Translations under genes and position numbers: made by a program
Assembly (NCBI GenBank): GCA_913030915.1
Contig: CAJWEW010000001.1
Coordinates: forward strand, 35,225 to 99,224
Length of the DNA: 64,000 nt
Source: an uncultured Rhodobiaceae bacterium
Lineage (GTDB): Bacteria > Pseudomonadota > Alphaproteobacteria > Rhizobiales > TMED25
Direction of reading: 5' to 3'
In this document: one piece after another, positions 1-11,241 of the stretch
Layout of the letters: each line of letters starts with the position of its first letter
How positions within the stretch are numbered: the stretch's first letter is position 1
Notes under the pieces: model-generated
Seen by the model: only the letters and a program-made list of their open reading frames with translations
Database searches by the model: none
What the model was told of the DNA's origin: nothing

Positions 1-874
1 CAACATCATCTGAGCTGAATTTAATTTGTTTTGTTTGAGTCATATTCTTTGTAACTTGTATAGCCTCAAGCAGACCAGATTTCACATTAGCGGGCAAATC
101 AATCTGTGTTGGATCTCCAGTAATTACCATCTTGCTATTGATGCCAAGCCTTGTAAGAAACATTTTCATTTGAATTGAATTACAATTTTGCGCCTCATCT
201 AAAATTATAAATGCATTTTCAAGTGTTCTGCCTCGCATAAATGCAAGAGGCGCAATTTCAATAATATTACTATCCAGTCCTTTTTGAACTTTATTTGATG
301 GAAGGCAGTCGTAAAGTGCGTCATATAGTGGACGTAAGTAAGGATCTATTTTTTCTTTTAAGTCCCCAGGTAAAAAACCAAGTTTTTCACCAGCTTCAAC
401 AGCGGGTCTTGATAATATAATTCTATCAACCAATCCAGCTTCCAAAAAATATGCAGCAGATGCAACAGCAAGGTATGTTTTTCCAGTCCCTGCTGGGCCA
501 ATACCAAATGTCAAGGGGTTATTGTAAATTGAATTTATATATTCGTCCTGATTTAATGATCTGGGAAGTATCGTTTTAATTTTTGTTTTTATTATGCTTT
601 TGTCCGACTTTTTGTGGTCAGATTTAATATTTTTAACTCTTATAGATCCCGAAACTTCATCAATATTATTATTTACACCTAAATTATCTCTTTCCACCAT
701 ATCAAGAATAATACTCTTCGCTATATTTATATTTGAGTTGTCACCCGAGATTTGTACTGTATTTCCATGAGGTATAATCTCAACTGATACTTCCTTTTCT
801 ATTAATCTCAGATTTTCATCATTTTTACCAAAGATATTAACCAATTTACTTGAGTCATTAATTACAATATTCAT
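1..874 (-). CDS. phoH: PhoH/YbeZ-like ATPase (partial; C-terminus runs off the window start)
   Basis: Minus-strand frame is open from ATG at 872-874 to position 1; it is absent from the ORF track because there is no stop in the window. My translation contains Walker A 'GIGPAGTGKTYLAV', 'FIILDEAQN' and 'VITGDPTQIDLP', typical PhoH signatures. It lies next to miaB, as is usual. Confidence 0.85.
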   Translation of the reverse strand, partial: MNIVINDSSKLVNIFGKNDENLRLIEKEVSVEIIPHGNTVQISGDNSNINIAKSIILDMVERDNLGVNNNIDEVSGSIRVKNIKSDHKKSDKSIIKTKIKTILPRSLNQDEYINSIYNNPLTFGIGPAGTGKTYLAVASAAYFLEAGLVDRIILSRPAVEAGEKLGFLPGDLKEKIDPYLRPLYDALYDCLPSNKVQKGLDSNIIEIAPLAFMRGRTLENAFIILDEAQNCNSIQMKMFLTRLGINSKMVITGDPTQIDLPANVKSGLLEAIQVTKNMTQTKQIKFSSDDV

Positions 875-917
875 ACAAGATTTTGATACTCGGTTCACGG
901 TTAGGCTCTGTTTACTC

Positions 918-2249
918 TTAACTGCTTTCAATTAACTCACCACTCAGATTATTAACTTTCATAGAATTTATTTTAATATCAATAAATTCTCCTATTTTAT
1001 ATGATTTTCTAGTATCCTCAAAAAAAACTGATTGTAAATGAGGAGTTTTACCAACTAAATGACATTCCTCTTTACCAAACTTTTCTATTAATATGTTTAC
1101 AGTTTTGCCAATAAACTGATTATTAAATTGGAATTGCTGCTCTTTTAAAAGACTCTGAAGCAGGTTTAGCCTTTCAGACTTTGTGACTTGAGGGATCTGG
1201 CCCTCATATTCGGCGGATGGTGTTCCGGGCCTTGGGGAATAATGAAATGAGAAGGCCTGCGCAAATTCAATTTTTCTCACAAGCTCCATGGTGTCATTGA
1301 AGTCCTCATCTGACTCACCTGGAAATCCCACAATAAAATCTGATGAGATTGCTATTCCTTTTTTTGCTGAGCGAATTTTATCAATTATATCTATATATTT
1401 TTCAACACTATGCTTTCTATTCATTGACTTTAATATTTTATTTGAACCTGATTGTATTGGTAGGTGCATATAAGGCATTAACTTTTCAATGTCCCTATGT
1501 GCATAAATTAATTCGTCATCAACATCATTTGGGTGATTCGTTGTATACCTTAATCTTTTAATTCCGGATATTTTAGATAATTCATAAATTAAGCGCGCTA
1601 AGTTAGAGGTACTATTTGTTAAACTCTCTCCGTGGTAGGCATTTACATTTTGGCCAAGTAATGTTAATTCAACAACGCCCTGATCAACAAGTGACTTTGC
1701 CTCCTCGATCAATTCTGCCGTTGTTCTAGAATATTCTGAACCTCTTGTGTAAGGCACAACGCAAAAGGTGCAAAATTTATCACAACCCTCTTGTATTGTT
1801 AAAAAGGCAGTAGGCTTTTTTTCAATTCTTTTTCTTCTTGCAAGCAAATTAAACTTATTTTCAATTGGAAAGTCTGTTTCGATAATTTTCTTATTTTTAT
1901 CCAATTTAGATACTAATTCAGGAAGCTTGTGGTAAGTTTGTGGACCTATTACCATATCAACATCAGGCATTCTCCTAATAATCTCACTATCTTCCGCTTG
2001 TGCAACACATCCAGCTACTACAATTTTTTTTGTATTACTTTGTTTTTTTAATCTTCCGATATCAGAATATAATTTTTCAGCAGCCTTTTCTCGTATATGG
2101 CAAGTGTTGAATATGATGAGGTCACTTTCATCAGAGTTTTTTGTTTCAGTAAAGCCCTTCTTGTCTAGAGATTCTAATATTCGTTCGGAGTCATATACAT
2201 TCATTTGGCAGCCATATGTTTTGATGAATACTTTTTTCACAGTTATCAC
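918..2249 (-). CDS. miaB: tRNA-2-methylthio-N6-dimethylallyladenosine synthase MiaB
   Basis: 443 aa. N-terminal MTTase motif 'KTYGCQMNVYDSE', radical-SAM 'GCDKFCTFCVVPYTRG', and a C-terminal TRAM-like segment. Confidence 0.95.
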   Translation of the reverse strand: MITVKKVFIKTYGCQMNVYDSERILESLDKKGFTETKNSDESDLIIFNTCHIREKAAEKLYSDIGRLKKQSNTKKIVVAGCVAQAEDSEIIRRMPDVDMVIGPQTYHKLPELVSKLDKNKKIIETDFPIENKFNLLARRKRIEKKPTAFLTIQEGCDKFCTFCVVPYTRGSEYSRTTAELIEEAKSLVDQGVVELTLLGQNVNAYHGESLTNSTSNLARLIYELSKISGIKRLRYTTNHPNDVDDELIYAHRDIEKLMPYMHLPIQSGSNKILKSMNRKHSVEKYIDIIDKIRSAKKGIAISSDFIVGFPGESDEDFNDTMELVRKIEFAQAFSFHYSPRPGTPSAEYEGQIPQVTKSERLNLLQSLLKEQQFQFNNQFIGKTVNILIEKFGKEECHLVGKTPHLQSVFFEDTRKSYKIGEFIDIKINSMKVNNLSGELIESS

Positions 2250-3019
2250 ACTCCTCTGTTAAGAGACTGCAGGAATCCATCTCGCACAATAGCTTCGCAT
2301 TCACTTGCAATATCTTTTCTAGATTTTTTTTCGGATATGTCAATTCTATTATGAAAAGTTACTTCTACCTCAAACGAGCCTGAGCGTATTATGTTATATA
2401 AGTGGCTAAGCAAATCCATATCCCCATACCAAGCGATTAGCATTCGCTCAATTCTATTCATACTTAATCCGTTGTATTTAGTGTAAGCGATTGATATTGG
2501 TTGGATGTTAAGTTTACTGTCATCTGAAAGTTCACATAATATAAATATTGATGATTTAAACGGAAGGACTCTATTTCCATCACTTGATGTTCCTTCGGGG
2601 AACAGGACAACATTTTGTTTATTAGATATTCTATCTTGTATTTTACTTGCTGTTTTAGCAAGTTCCTTATGGTTATTCCTATTTATAAATATTGTCCTTT
2701 GGAGTTTTGCTAACCAGCTTATGAGAGGCCACCTTGATACCTCGCTTTTAGATACAAAGGACGTTTTAATTACTGAGCTAATTATAAGTATGTCTATCCA
2801 CGAGGCATGGTTTGAGACAATTAGTGACCCATCTTCACCCAAACTTCCTTTTACAACAATTTTTATTGATAGCAATCTTAGAATGATTCTGTGATAAATC
2901 ATCGGGATTATTTTTGAGAACCGACTTTGAAATACATGCAGTAATACTTGAACCGGAAGTAGTAAAGTAGTTATCACAATGATGAGAAAAATAATTAAAT
3001 AGCTTTTAAGAAATGACAT
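2246..3019 (-). CDS. Lysophospholipid (1-acyl-glycerol-3-phosphate type) acyltransferase family protein
   Basis: 257 aa with an N-terminal TM helix. Acyltransferase HX4D motif 'NHASWIDI' and 'FPEGTSS' block. 4-bp overlap with miaB. Confidence 0.8.
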   Translation of the reverse strand: MSFLKSYLIIFLIIVITTLLLPVQVLLHVFQSRFSKIIPMIYHRIILRLLSIKIVVKGSLGEDGSLIVSNHASWIDILIISSVIKTSFVSKSEVSRWPLISWLAKLQRTIFINRNNHKELAKTASKIQDRISNKQNVVLFPEGTSSDGNRVLPFKSSIFILCELSDDSKLNIQPISIAYTKYNGLSMNRIERMLIAWYGDMDLLSHLYNIIRSGSFEVEVTFHNRIDISEKKSRKDIASECEAIVRDGFLQSLNRGV

Positions 3020-3035
3020 AATTAATTACTTCTTA

Positions 3036-3449
3036 TTACTTATTTTTTTTTACTGCATATATTTCAAGACGGTGATTTATAATACTATAGCCCAATTTAT
3101 TGGCAATTTTCTCTTGCAGTTTTTCAATCTCCTCATCCCTAAATTCAACCACCTTTCCAGTTTCAATATCAATCAAATGATCGTGGTGATCCTTATAAAC
3201 CATTTCATAACGAAATTTACCATCTTTAAACTCATGCTTTTCTAATATACCATTATCGTTAAAGAGTTTGAGAGTCCTATATATTGTTGCAAGTGAAATA
3301 CTGTTGTTTATTGAGGTGGTTCTTCTGTATAACTCCTCCGCATCCGGATGATCATCAGATGATGAGAGCACTTGAGCAATAACTTTACGCTGCTCTGTCA
3401 TTCTCAAGCCTTTTTGTATACATTTTTGTTCTATTCTATTTTTAACCAT
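3036..3449 (-). CDS. fur: Fur-family metalloregulator (Fur/Mur type)
   Basis: 137 aa. Winged-helix 'ATIYRTLKLF' and metal site 'HHDHLIDIETGKVVEF...HRLEIY'. It sits in the conserved position between rimI and the acyltransferase. Confidence 0.85.
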   Translation of the reverse strand: MVKNRIEQKCIQKGLRMTEQRKVIAQVLSSSDDHPDAEELYRRTTSINNSISLATIYRTLKLFNDNGILEKHEFKDGKFRYEMVYKDHHDHLIDIETGKVVEFRDEEIEKLQEKIANKLGYSIINHRLEIYAVKKNK

Positions 3450-3494
3450 CCGATTTTGGTCATCTCTTTGTTTGCTGTTATCTTCAATATAACA

Positions 3495-3959
3495 TCAATT
3501 TTTCGTGTTGGCCATTTGATATAATGCTGCATCAATCATTGTTTCGTTGTACTTGTAGTATGACTTTCTGGTACTAATTTTTCTAAACCCAATTTTCTCG
3601 TAGAGATTTATCGCGTGGATATTATTCACAGCAACCTCTAGGTAAATATTTGTGATACCCATGCCTTTCAATGCACAAAGCGTGTTGCTCAGTAATAAAG
3701 ACCCAAAACCTTTTTGCCGACTTTTGATGTCAATTACCATCATAACGATATCGCAGTCTATCTCCGATATCATACCTGCAATAAAGCCAACCACGCACCC
3801 CCTTTTTTTCAGTATGTATAGAATTGAATTTTTATTTTTTATTGAATTTAAAAAAAATTTTTTGTCCCAACATTCATGATATCCACTCCTCATTATTTTT
3901 AGGATTTTTTCAATATCTCCTTTGCTAGCACAACTAAAACACGTACCTACATTATCCAT
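3495..3959 (-). CDS. rimI: GNAT acetyltransferase, RimI-like (ribosomal-protein-alanine N-acetyltransferase)
   Basis: 154 aa. GNAT acetyl-CoA motif 'RQKGFGSLLL'. Overlaps tsaB by 8 bp, the usual tsaB-rimI pairing. Confidence 0.75.
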   Translation of the reverse strand: MDNVGTCFSCASKGDIEKILKIMRSGYHECWDKKFFLNSIKNKNSILYILKKRGCVVGFIAGMISEIDCDIVMMVIDIKSRQKGFGSLLLSNTLCALKGMGITNIYLEVAVNNIHAINLYEKIGFRKISTRKSYYKYNETMIDAALYQMANTKN

Positions 3960-4629
3960 AAATATCCTTTTTTTTATATTTCACAAAATTTGGGGTTTTA
4001 ATGTATTTTGCTTCGATATTATTGGCAATATTTGAGTTTAATTCACAAATTTTACCTAAATTAGTATCTGGGATTATATAATTACTTGTAAGATTTTTAA
4101 CGCTGAAATTATTTTTAATTAGATAACTCAGAAATTCATTTCCAGTCTCAATTATGTTGATTTTTCTTTTATCAATTTTATTTAGTACTTCATCTGCGTG
4201 GAGTAGAATAGGATCATTCCGATCGGGAACAGTTGCATTAAATTCTTTGTAGTAAAAATTGTTATTTGTCGAATGTGTTATAATAGCAAGGGTGCTAGAG
4301 ATAGCAGAAGATCGATAAGTTTGTGCAATAAGTTCATGCTGCGTTATGCCATATGCATCTATGTTATTTACTAAAGAAATACTTTTTGCAACTGCCAGAC
4401 CTGTTCTTATGTTTGTGTAATTTCCAGGCCCAATCACGCAAACCACTTTTTTAATATCTAAATAACTAAAAGTGCTCTTATCAATGATTGACTCTAGTGC
4501 GGGAACTACGTTTTCACTGTGTAATTGTTTGCTATCAAGATTTATTTTTTCGATAGTTTTAGGTTTATTATCGGTTATTAAGGCAATTATTGAGTTGTTT
4601 GACACAACATCAACCAGCAGTGTAATCAT
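3952..4629 (-). CDS. tsaB: tRNA t6A biosynthesis protein TsaB (YeaZ family)
   Basis: 225 aa. ASKHA-fold motif 'VIGPGNYTNIRTGLAVAKS'. Context is with rimI. Confidence 0.75.
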   Translation of the reverse strand: MITLLVDVVSNNSIIALITDNKPKTIEKINLDSKQLHSENVVPALESIIDKSTFSYLDIKKVVCVIGPGNYTNIRTGLAVAKSISLVNNIDAYGITQHELIAQTYRSSAISSTLAIITHSTNNNFYYKEFNATVPDRNDPILLHADEVLNKIDKRKINIIETGNEFLSYLIKNNFSVKNLTSNYIIPDTNLGKICELNSNIANNIEAKYIKTPNFVKYKKKDIYG

Positions 4630-4635
4630 AGCAAA

Positions 4636-5187
4636 CTACACAGCTTCAACTTCCATTACTTCAGGGATGTAATGTTTTAGTAAATTCTCAATACCATTTT
4701 TTAAAGTCATCGTCGAACTTGGGCATCCAGCACAGGCTCCCTGCAGGTTTAAGTAAACAGTCCCTGATTTAAATCCTTGAAAAGTGATGTCACCGCCATC
4801 GTGTGCTACAGCCGGGCGAACTCTAGTCTGTATGAGATCTTTTATTTTATCAACTGTATCGCTATCTTTGGGGTCAAAAAATTCCTCTTGTTTTTCATGA
4901 CTAACTCCAACGATTATAGGTTTATTTGATAAAAAATGATCCATAATTTCACCAAGTATAATTGGCTTAAGTTGTGGCCATTCGTATGCAGACTTTGTCA
5001 CCGTTATGAAATCATCAGAGAGGAAAACACCAGATACTCCGTCGATTAAAAATATCTTTGCTGCTAGAGGCGACTCCTCAGCTTCTTTTGAATTTTTGTA
5101 CTCCCTTGTTGATCCAGGAAGAACATCACAACCAGGTATAAACTTAAGTGTATTCGGGTTTGGTGTTGATACAGTTTCAATAAACAT
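4636..5187 (-). CDS. NifU/Nfu-type Fe-S cluster assembly scaffold protein
   Basis: 183 aa. Nfu N-terminal domain 'TPNPNTLKF' and C-terminal NifU domain with 'GACAGCPSS'. Confidence 0.85.
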   Translation of the reverse strand: MFIETVSTPNPNTLKFIPGCDVLPGSTREYKNSKEAEESPLAAKIFLIDGVSGVFLSDDFITVTKSAYEWPQLKPIILGEIMDHFLSNKPIIVGVSHEKQEEFFDPKDSDTVDKIKDLIQTRVRPAVAHDGGDITFQGFKSGTVYLNLQGACAGCPSSTMTLKNGIENLLKHYIPEVMEVEAV

Positions 5188-5260
5188 AATTAATTCCCTT
5201 CTATTCCTAATTTAAATATTAAATATTTACAATTCAAGTTTTATATTTATACCGTTCAGT

Positions 5261-5737
5261 CTAGTTTGCGGTTAATTCTAGAATGGCATCTTTGGTGATT
5301 TGCCCTGGTATAATTGTTATCGGGATCGGGAAATTTGATGCTCTTGATCCTGTAAATTGTGACACAAGTGGCCCTGGGTTTATGCTATCTGTAGCAGCAG
5401 CCAACACAAGAAGTGAAATGGAGCCATCTTCATTTATAAAATCAATAATTTCTGTGGTCGGCTGCCCGAACCTTACAACTAGCTCTGGAACCAGACCAGT
5501 GTCTACATTTACATTCTCGGAATATGTTTTTAGTATTTCCCTAGCGTTTTCTTCGGCCTCTTCTTTCATAATAGCTTCAACTCCATAAACATTTTTGAAA
5601 TCAGATGTGTTCACAACTCTAAGTAAAGTTATCTTTCCTTTTGTCTGCATGGCCCTTCTGGAAGCATAGCTGATTGCCCTATGACATTCTGAAGTGTCGT
5701 CAACAACTACTAAAAATTTTCTTATCTTTTTAGGCAT
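5261..5737 (-). CDS. Universal stress protein family
   Basis: 158 aa with USP-like layout ('KFLVVVDDT...', C-terminal 'PIPITIIPG'). Conserved neighbour of nifU/trpS in alphaproteobacteria. Confidence 0.7.
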   Translation of the reverse strand: MPKKIRKFLVVVDDTSECHRAISYASRRAMQTKGKITLLRVVNTSDFKNVYGVEAIMKEEAEENAREILKTYSENVNVDTGLVPELVVRFGQPTTEIIDFINEDGSISLLVLAAATDSINPGPLVSQFTGSRASNFPIPITIIPGQITKDAILELTAN

Positions 5738-5785
5738 CTAATTTAATAAAAATATTAACTCAATACCAATATTATAGGCATAAAT

Positions 5786-6805
5786 TTATGTTAAACCTAT
5801 TATTTTTTTTGTTTCTTCTAAAACAGGCTGCGCGATTGCTTTTGCTTTTTCGGCTCCATCTTTAAGTATGTTTCCGATATACTCTTTTTCGTTAATTATC
5901 TTATTCATTTCATTACCGATTGGACAAATTTTTTGAACTAATAAATCGGTAAGGCCCTTCTTTAGATCAGAGAATTGTTTCCCAGAAAACTCACAAAGTA
6001 TATCATCTTGGCTTTGGCCACTTACTCCTGCGTATATTGATAATAAATTTATCAATTCATAACGATCCTTGATTTCAATTATATTCTCCGGAATGGCTGC
6101 AGAGTCTGTTTTGGCCTTTTTTATCTTATTAGAAATTTGATCTGCAGTATCTAGCAAATTAATTCTTGTCATATCAGATAATTCTGAACTCGACATTTTC
6201 TTCTGACCATCTCTCAATGACATTACTCGAGTTACAGGTCCAGTTATCATTGGCTCAGGTAATACAAAAAACTCATCCTTCGAGGTAATTTCAAGTATCC
6301 TATCACGAAAATCAATATTAAATTTTTGTGCTATATCTCGAGATAACTCAATATGCTGCTTTTGGTCCTCCCCAACAGGCACATGGGTGGCTTTGTAGGC
6401 AAGAATATCAGCCGCCATCAATATCGGGTAAGTGTATAGGCCAACAGACATTTTTTCCTTATTTTTTCCTGCTTTTTCTTTAAATTGAGTCATTCTATTC
6501 AACCAACCAACTCTTGCGACACAATTTAAAAGCCAAGATAGTTCAGCGTGTTCTTGAACACTGCTCTGATTAAAGATAATACTTTTTTTTGGATCAAGAC
6601 CCGAGGCAATGAATCCCGCAGTTATTTCGCGAATATTTCTTTTTAACTTATTGGGATCTTGCCATACTGTAATTGAGTGTAAGTCTACAACACAATAAAT
6701 ACATTGATTTGTATCTTGTAATTCAACAAAATTTACAATTGCGCCAAGGTAATTACCTATATGTAGGTTACCTGATGGTTGTATACCGGAAAAAACTCTC
6801 ATCAC
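5786..6805 (-). CDS. trpS: Tryptophan--tRNA ligase
   Basis: 339 aa. HIGH-type '[10 protein letters not shown]', KMSKS-type 'KMSSS', and '[10 protein letters not shown]'. Confidence 0.95.
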   Translation of the reverse strand: MMRVFSGIQPSGNLHIGNYLGAIVNFVELQDTNQCIYCVVDLHSITVWQDPNKLKRNIREITAGFIASGLDPKKSIIFNQSSVQEHAELSWLLNCVARVGWLNRMTQFKEKAGKNKEKMSVGLYTYPILMAADILAYKATHVPVGEDQKQHIELSRDIAQKFNIDFRDRILEITSKDEFFVLPEPMITGPVTRVMSLRDGQKKMSSSELSDMTRINLLDTADQISNKIKKAKTDSAAIPENIIEIKDRYELINLLSIYAGVSGQSQDDILCEFSGKQFSDLKKGLTDLLVQKICPIGNEMNKIINEKEYIGNILKDGAEKAKAIAQPVLEETKKIIGLT

Positions 6806-6806
6806 T

Positions 6807-8351
6807 TTATCGCATGTATCTAAAAAAGGACTTTAATTCAATAATTTTGAGTAAATGACAAATTATTCCATAAAAAATTATTCCAAAAATAACATAGCAT
6901 AAAAGTATTAAAAAATTAACAATATATCCTTCTGAAAATTCTAAAATTGATGAACTTTTTTGAATTAAAAATAGGATAAATGTCATACCTATTGAGGCTG
7001 TAATAATTTTTATTATACGATTAAATAATCTTCTATTGATAATAAAGTATTTTTTTGCAGCAGATTCTCGATAAAGTAAAAAAAGATTTATCCATGAGGA
7101 AATAGTTGTGGCGATTGCAATTCCTAGATAACCTAAATATTTGAATAGTAGCAGCGATATAATTACGTTTGCTAGGACGGTTATACCAGCGAAGATCATC
7201 GGAGACCTTGTGTTTTCTCTTGAAAAAAACATCACTTGAAAAATTTTAATACAAACAAAAGCGGGTAATCCCAAGGCAAAAACAATTAATGCACTAGAGG
7301 TTGCAATTGTATCTACATACGTAAAGAAAGCGCGCTCAAATAGAACCATTATAATTTCTTGAGCTAGAAAAATTAGGCCAAATGCAGCTGGAGTTGCAAG
7401 AAGGAGTGATATTTCAAGTGATTTTTCCTGAATGAGATTAATATTTTTTGAATTTTTTTGTGCGATTTCTCTTGATAGCTCTGGAAGAAGTATAATCCCC
7501 ATAGAGATGCCAATCATAGCGAGTGGAAGCTGGTATATCCTATCCGCGTAATACAAATAAGACACAGCTTTGTCTTCATATGATGCAATAATACTGCCAA
7601 TTAGAATATTAATTTGAATAATGCCCCCGGCACCAATAGCAGGGAAGCTTAAAATCATAAATTTTTTTATATTATCTGAAATTTTTGGTAGTTTTATCTT
7701 CGGGAAGAAGCCATGTTTTTTGCATCCATGAATACATACAGCTAGCTGTAAAATACCTGAGAGTAAGAAACTTACCATCAATAATAGTGCTGCCGCACGA
7801 GTATTTTGTATTTCCATTGTCTGCACATGTAATAAAGCTATTATCATTGAAATATTTACAAATGTTGGCATTGATGCCGCGAGCAGGTATTTTCCTAGTG
7901 AATTCAAGACCCCACAGAGGAGTGTTATAAGAGATATAAAAAAAAGATATGGGAAGGAAATACGGGCTAAATCAATAACTAAATCTATTTTTTTTGGATC
8001 TTGCAAAAATCCGGGTGCGATTAAGTATACTACTGCTGGCATGAGTATTTCAAATATGCTGACAATTAGCAGTAAGGACCAGAATAAGAAGTTAAAAATC
8101 TCCCTAAAAAAAATATTTGCTTCGTCCTTATAGGGTAGTTTTTTTGAAAATATTGGTATAAAGGACATATTTAGAGTGCCTTCTGCCATAATTCTTCTAA
8201 AAATATTTGGAAACTTTAAAGCAATAAAAAAGGCATCAGCGATACTGCCTGCACCAAATGTTGCGGCAATTAGTATATCCCTGATAAATCCTAGTAATCG
8301 GCTTATGAGCGTCATACCAGAAACTCGAAACAATGGTTTGATTATATTCAT
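6807..8351 (-). CDS. murJ: Lipid II flippase MurJ (MviN)
   Basis: 514 aa polytopic protein. N-terminal '[25 protein letters not shown]' is the MurJ signature. Confidence 0.9.
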   Translation of the reverse strand: MNIIKPLFRVSGMTLISRLLGFIRDILIAATFGAGSIADAFFIALKFPNIFRRIMAEGTLNMSFIPIFSKKLPYKDEANIFFREIFNFLFWSLLLIVSIFEILMPAVVYLIAPGFLQDPKKIDLVIDLARISFPYLFFISLITLLCGVLNSLGKYLLAASMPTFVNISMIIALLHVQTMEIQNTRAAALLLMVSFLLSGILQLAVCIHGCKKHGFFPKIKLPKISDNIKKFMILSFPAIGAGGIIQINILIGSIIASYEDKAVSYLYYADRIYQLPLAMIGISMGIILLPELSREIAQKNSKNINLIQEKSLEISLLLATPAAFGLIFLAQEIIMVLFERAFFTYVDTIATSSALIVFALGLPAFVCIKIFQVMFFSRENTRSPMIFAGITVLANVIISLLLFKYLGYLGIAIATTISSWINLFLLYRESAAKKYFIINRRLFNRIIKIITASIGMTFILFLIQKSSSILEFSEGYIVNFLILLCYVIFGIIFYGIICHLLKIIELKSFFRYMR

Positions 8352-8359
8352 AAATTAGG

Positions 8360-11110
8360 TTACTTATTTTCTTCCATTGAAGATAGCAACATACTTTTTA
8401 TTAGTAAAAGCTTTTCAGGTGAAGAAATTTTTTCTCCAAACAGATTTGTTATATAAAAGATATCATTTGCCTTCTCTCCAAAAGTAACAATGTGTGCTGA
8501 TTTAATATTGACGTTTGTCTCTTTCAATTTATTAGCAATTTGATAGAGCAATCCGGGTCTATCCCTACCCTCAATTTCAATTACAGTCGAGTTATTTGAA
8601 AATTCATTCGTTATGTTGACTTCATTTCTGACTTCAAAAGTTTTCTCGTAGCGAATTTTTGTGCTTTTCTCTGATATCTCACTATCTAGCGATAATTCAC
8701 CACCTAAGCTTTTTTTTATGCAATCTGAAATTCTTATCATTCTCCTATCTTCATCATGATCTTGGAAATCTCGATTGACAGATATAGTATCAATTGCAAT
8801 TCCATCTATAGTAGTTTCGATCTGGGCATCAATTATGTTCGCATCATAGAGTGAGCATGCACCGGCTAGTGTTTCTAATAAATTAGGATAGTCAGGTCCA
8901 ATAAGTGTGATCGTTGTTGTATTATTTTTGGTATTTTTTTTACAATAAATTTCAAGGGAGATATTTTTTGAGTCTTTATCTTTTAAGATCTTTGCATGTT
9001 CGATTTGTTGATCAATAGAGGTCGTAAGCCAGTAGTTATTACTAAATCTATGAACGTATGAATTTATGAGTAGTTTTGGCCAGTCAGATACTACTTCTTT
9101 AAATTTATTTTGAGCTTTGATGCAGTTATTTTCATTTTCAATATATTTATTTTTATCTCCGCTCAAATAATTTGATGTCTCGTTATAAAGTGTACTAAGG
9201 AGACCACTTTTCCAAGCATTCCAAATGCTTGGACCAACTGACATTATATCTGCGACAGTAAGTGCTAAGAGGTAATCCAAATTTTTCTGATTTTTCACAA
9301 TTTTAGCAAAATCTACTATTGTCTTTGGATCATACAAATCTCTTTTTTGAGCAATATCACTCATAACTAAATGATTTTTCACGAGCCATGCTGTCTGGAA
9401 AACTTCGGTTTTATTCATTCCAATTCTAGTACATAGTTTTTCTGTTATCTGGGATCCAAGGATACTATGGTCTTGCTTCCTTCCCTTACCAATATCATGT
9501 AGAAAAGAAGAGAGAAGCAGCACTTTTTTATTATCAAGTTTATCATTAAAATTTGAAGAAAATGGATGAGGTTGGCTAAGAGTATTATTTATTATTTGAC
9601 TCATAAAACCAACTGTCTTGAGAAGGTGTTCATCCACAGTATAATTATGATAGAGGTTGAAAAGTGACATACCCTCAACTTTTGCAAAATCAGGTAGAAA
9701 TTTACCAAGAACCCCAGCATCGTTCATGTTTCTCAGTATAGTTTCAGGTTCTCTCGAATTTGAAAATAGGTCCAAAAAAACTTTATTTGCGGGTTTACTA
9801 TTTCGTAAATCATTATCAATAATCTTGAGTGAGCGATTAATGGATTGAATTATTTCGGGGCTAAGCAATACATTATCTCGATCGGCTATGACGAAGAGTC
9901 TTATCAAATCTAATTTATTCTTATTGAAGCTAAAATTATCTTTTGTATGAAGCCTACCTTTCTTTATGTAAAAATTCGACTCACGGTTATCCTTTTTTCG
10001 AAAAGACAAAATATTATCTAGAACTTCATAGACAGCTGGATCCTTTTTTATCGATTTTTCTTCAAGAGAAGCACAAACTATTCTTGTTAAATTTCCAACT
10101 TCCTTCGCAGTCATAAAATAATGCTTCATGAATCGTTCAACATCTTTTTGACCAGGTCTCTTGGCGTATCCCAACCGTGATGCGAGTTCGAGTTGTTTGT
10201 CAAAGGTTAGCACTTCGTTATCTCTATTTGAGATAAAATGCAAGTGGCATCGTACAACCCAAAGAAAATCTTCTGCTTTTTTGAAGCTATTTAATTCGGA
10301 TGAGGTAAGGAATTGATCGTTTTTTGTTAGATTATCTAGAGCCTGAGTTCTAAAAAGATACTTACCAATCCAAAATAGTGTATGTAAGTCTCTAAGGCCT
10401 CCCTTACTCTCCTTGACATTTGGCTCAACAAGGAAGCGTGATGAACCATATGTACTATGTCTTTTATCTCTCTCATCTAACTTCATCTCTATAAATTCAT
10501 CAGCTGTCTTGGCAACAATTTCTTTGTTGAACCTTTGAACTAATTTTTCATATAAATCCAAGTGTCCGTATATATATCTTGCTTCTAAAATTGATGTTCT
10601 TATGGTGAGATCGGATTTTGAGAGTTCAAGACATTGATCTAAGTTTCTTGTAGCATGACCAACCTTAAAGCCTAAGTCCCAAAGAATATATAGCATGTAT
10701 TCAATGACGGACTCTGTCCAATCACTAAGTTTATTTGAATGCAAGAAGAGTAGATCAATATCTGAAAAAGGAGCAAGTGTTCCTCTGCCGTAGCCACCAA
10801 CAGCCACGAGGCATATTTTATCAAAATTCTCTTGGTCTGTTGGTAAATGTATGTTTTGGACTATAAATTCATAAATTTTTTCTATGAGTATATCTTGGAA
10901 TTTTGATATGCTTCGAGCTGTTCGAATACCACTCCCATGCCTTATTAGTGCGCTTTCAGCTTTTCTTCTCGCAGATTCTATTATGTCAGATAATTCTGTG
11001 ATTAAGCTCTCACGGGTTTTTGAGATATTATCTCTATATTTCGATACAATTTTGTCTATGCACAAATCAAGAGACTTCTGATTTACTAATATGTCTATGT
11101 CTTTGTTCAT
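8360..11110 (-). CDS. glnD: [Protein-PII] uridylyltransferase/uridylyl-removing enzyme GlnD
   Basis: 916 aa. Nucleotidyltransferase 'GGYGRGTLAPFSDIDLL', HD domain 'FLHDIGKG', and two C-terminal ACT-like domains ('IEIEGRDRPGLLYQIA'). Confidence 0.9.
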   Translation of the reverse strand: MNKDIDILVNQKSLDLCIDKIVSKYRDNISKTRESLITELSDIIESARRKAESALIRHGSGIRTARSISKFQDILIEKIYEFIVQNIHLPTDQENFDKICLVAVGGYGRGTLAPFSDIDLLFLHSNKLSDWTESVIEYMLYILWDLGFKVGHATRNLDQCLELSKSDLTIRTSILEARYIYGHLDLYEKLVQRFNKEIVAKTADEFIEMKLDERDKRHSTYGSSRFLVEPNVKESKGGLRDLHTLFWIGKYLFRTQALDNLTKNDQFLTSSELNSFKKAEDFLWVVRCHLHFISNRDNEVLTFDKQLELASRLGYAKRPGQKDVERFMKHYFMTAKEVGNLTRIVCASLEEKSIKKDPAVYEVLDNILSFRKKDNRESNFYIKKGRLHTKDNFSFNKNKLDLIRLFVIADRDNVLLSPEIIQSINRSLKIIDNDLRNSKPANKVFLDLFSNSREPETILRNMNDAGVLGKFLPDFAKVEGMSLFNLYHNYTVDEHLLKTVGFMSQIINNTLSQPHPFSSNFNDKLDNKKVLLLSSFLHDIGKGRKQDHSILGSQITEKLCTRIGMNKTEVFQTAWLVKNHLVMSDIAQKRDLYDPKTIVDFAKIVKNQKNLDYLLALTVADIMSVGPSIWNAWKSGLLSTLYNETSNYLSGDKNKYIENENNCIKAQNKFKEVVSDWPKLLINSYVHRFSNNYWLTTSIDQQIEHAKILKDKDSKNISLEIYCKKNTKNNTTTITLIGPDYPNLLETLAGACSLYDANIIDAQIETTIDGIAIDTISVNRDFQDHDEDRRMIRISDCIKKSLGGELSLDSEISEKSTKIRYEKTFEVRNEVNITNEFSNNSTVIEIEGRDRPGLLYQIANKLKETNVNIKSAHIVTFGEKANDIFYITNLFGEKISSPEKLLLIKSMLLSSMEENK

Positions 11111-11241
11111 ATTGTATACTTATAGCTTTTTACAAACATTTATATCCGCAAATAATGCTTTTACATCCGAACGCTCAATTGCCGTACTTTGATATAGCCT
11201 ATAATCGTCAAATTTCATGTGATACAATCTTTTTAATGTTC

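Noticed and set aside
11120-11218. 32-aa minus-strand ORF ('MKFDDYRLYQSTAIERSDVKALFADINVCKKL') in the 131-bp gap between the OlsB-like gene and glnD
   Set aside because: It has no RBS-like sequence, no recognisable motif and no conservation evidence available. A short ORF of this size is expected by chance.
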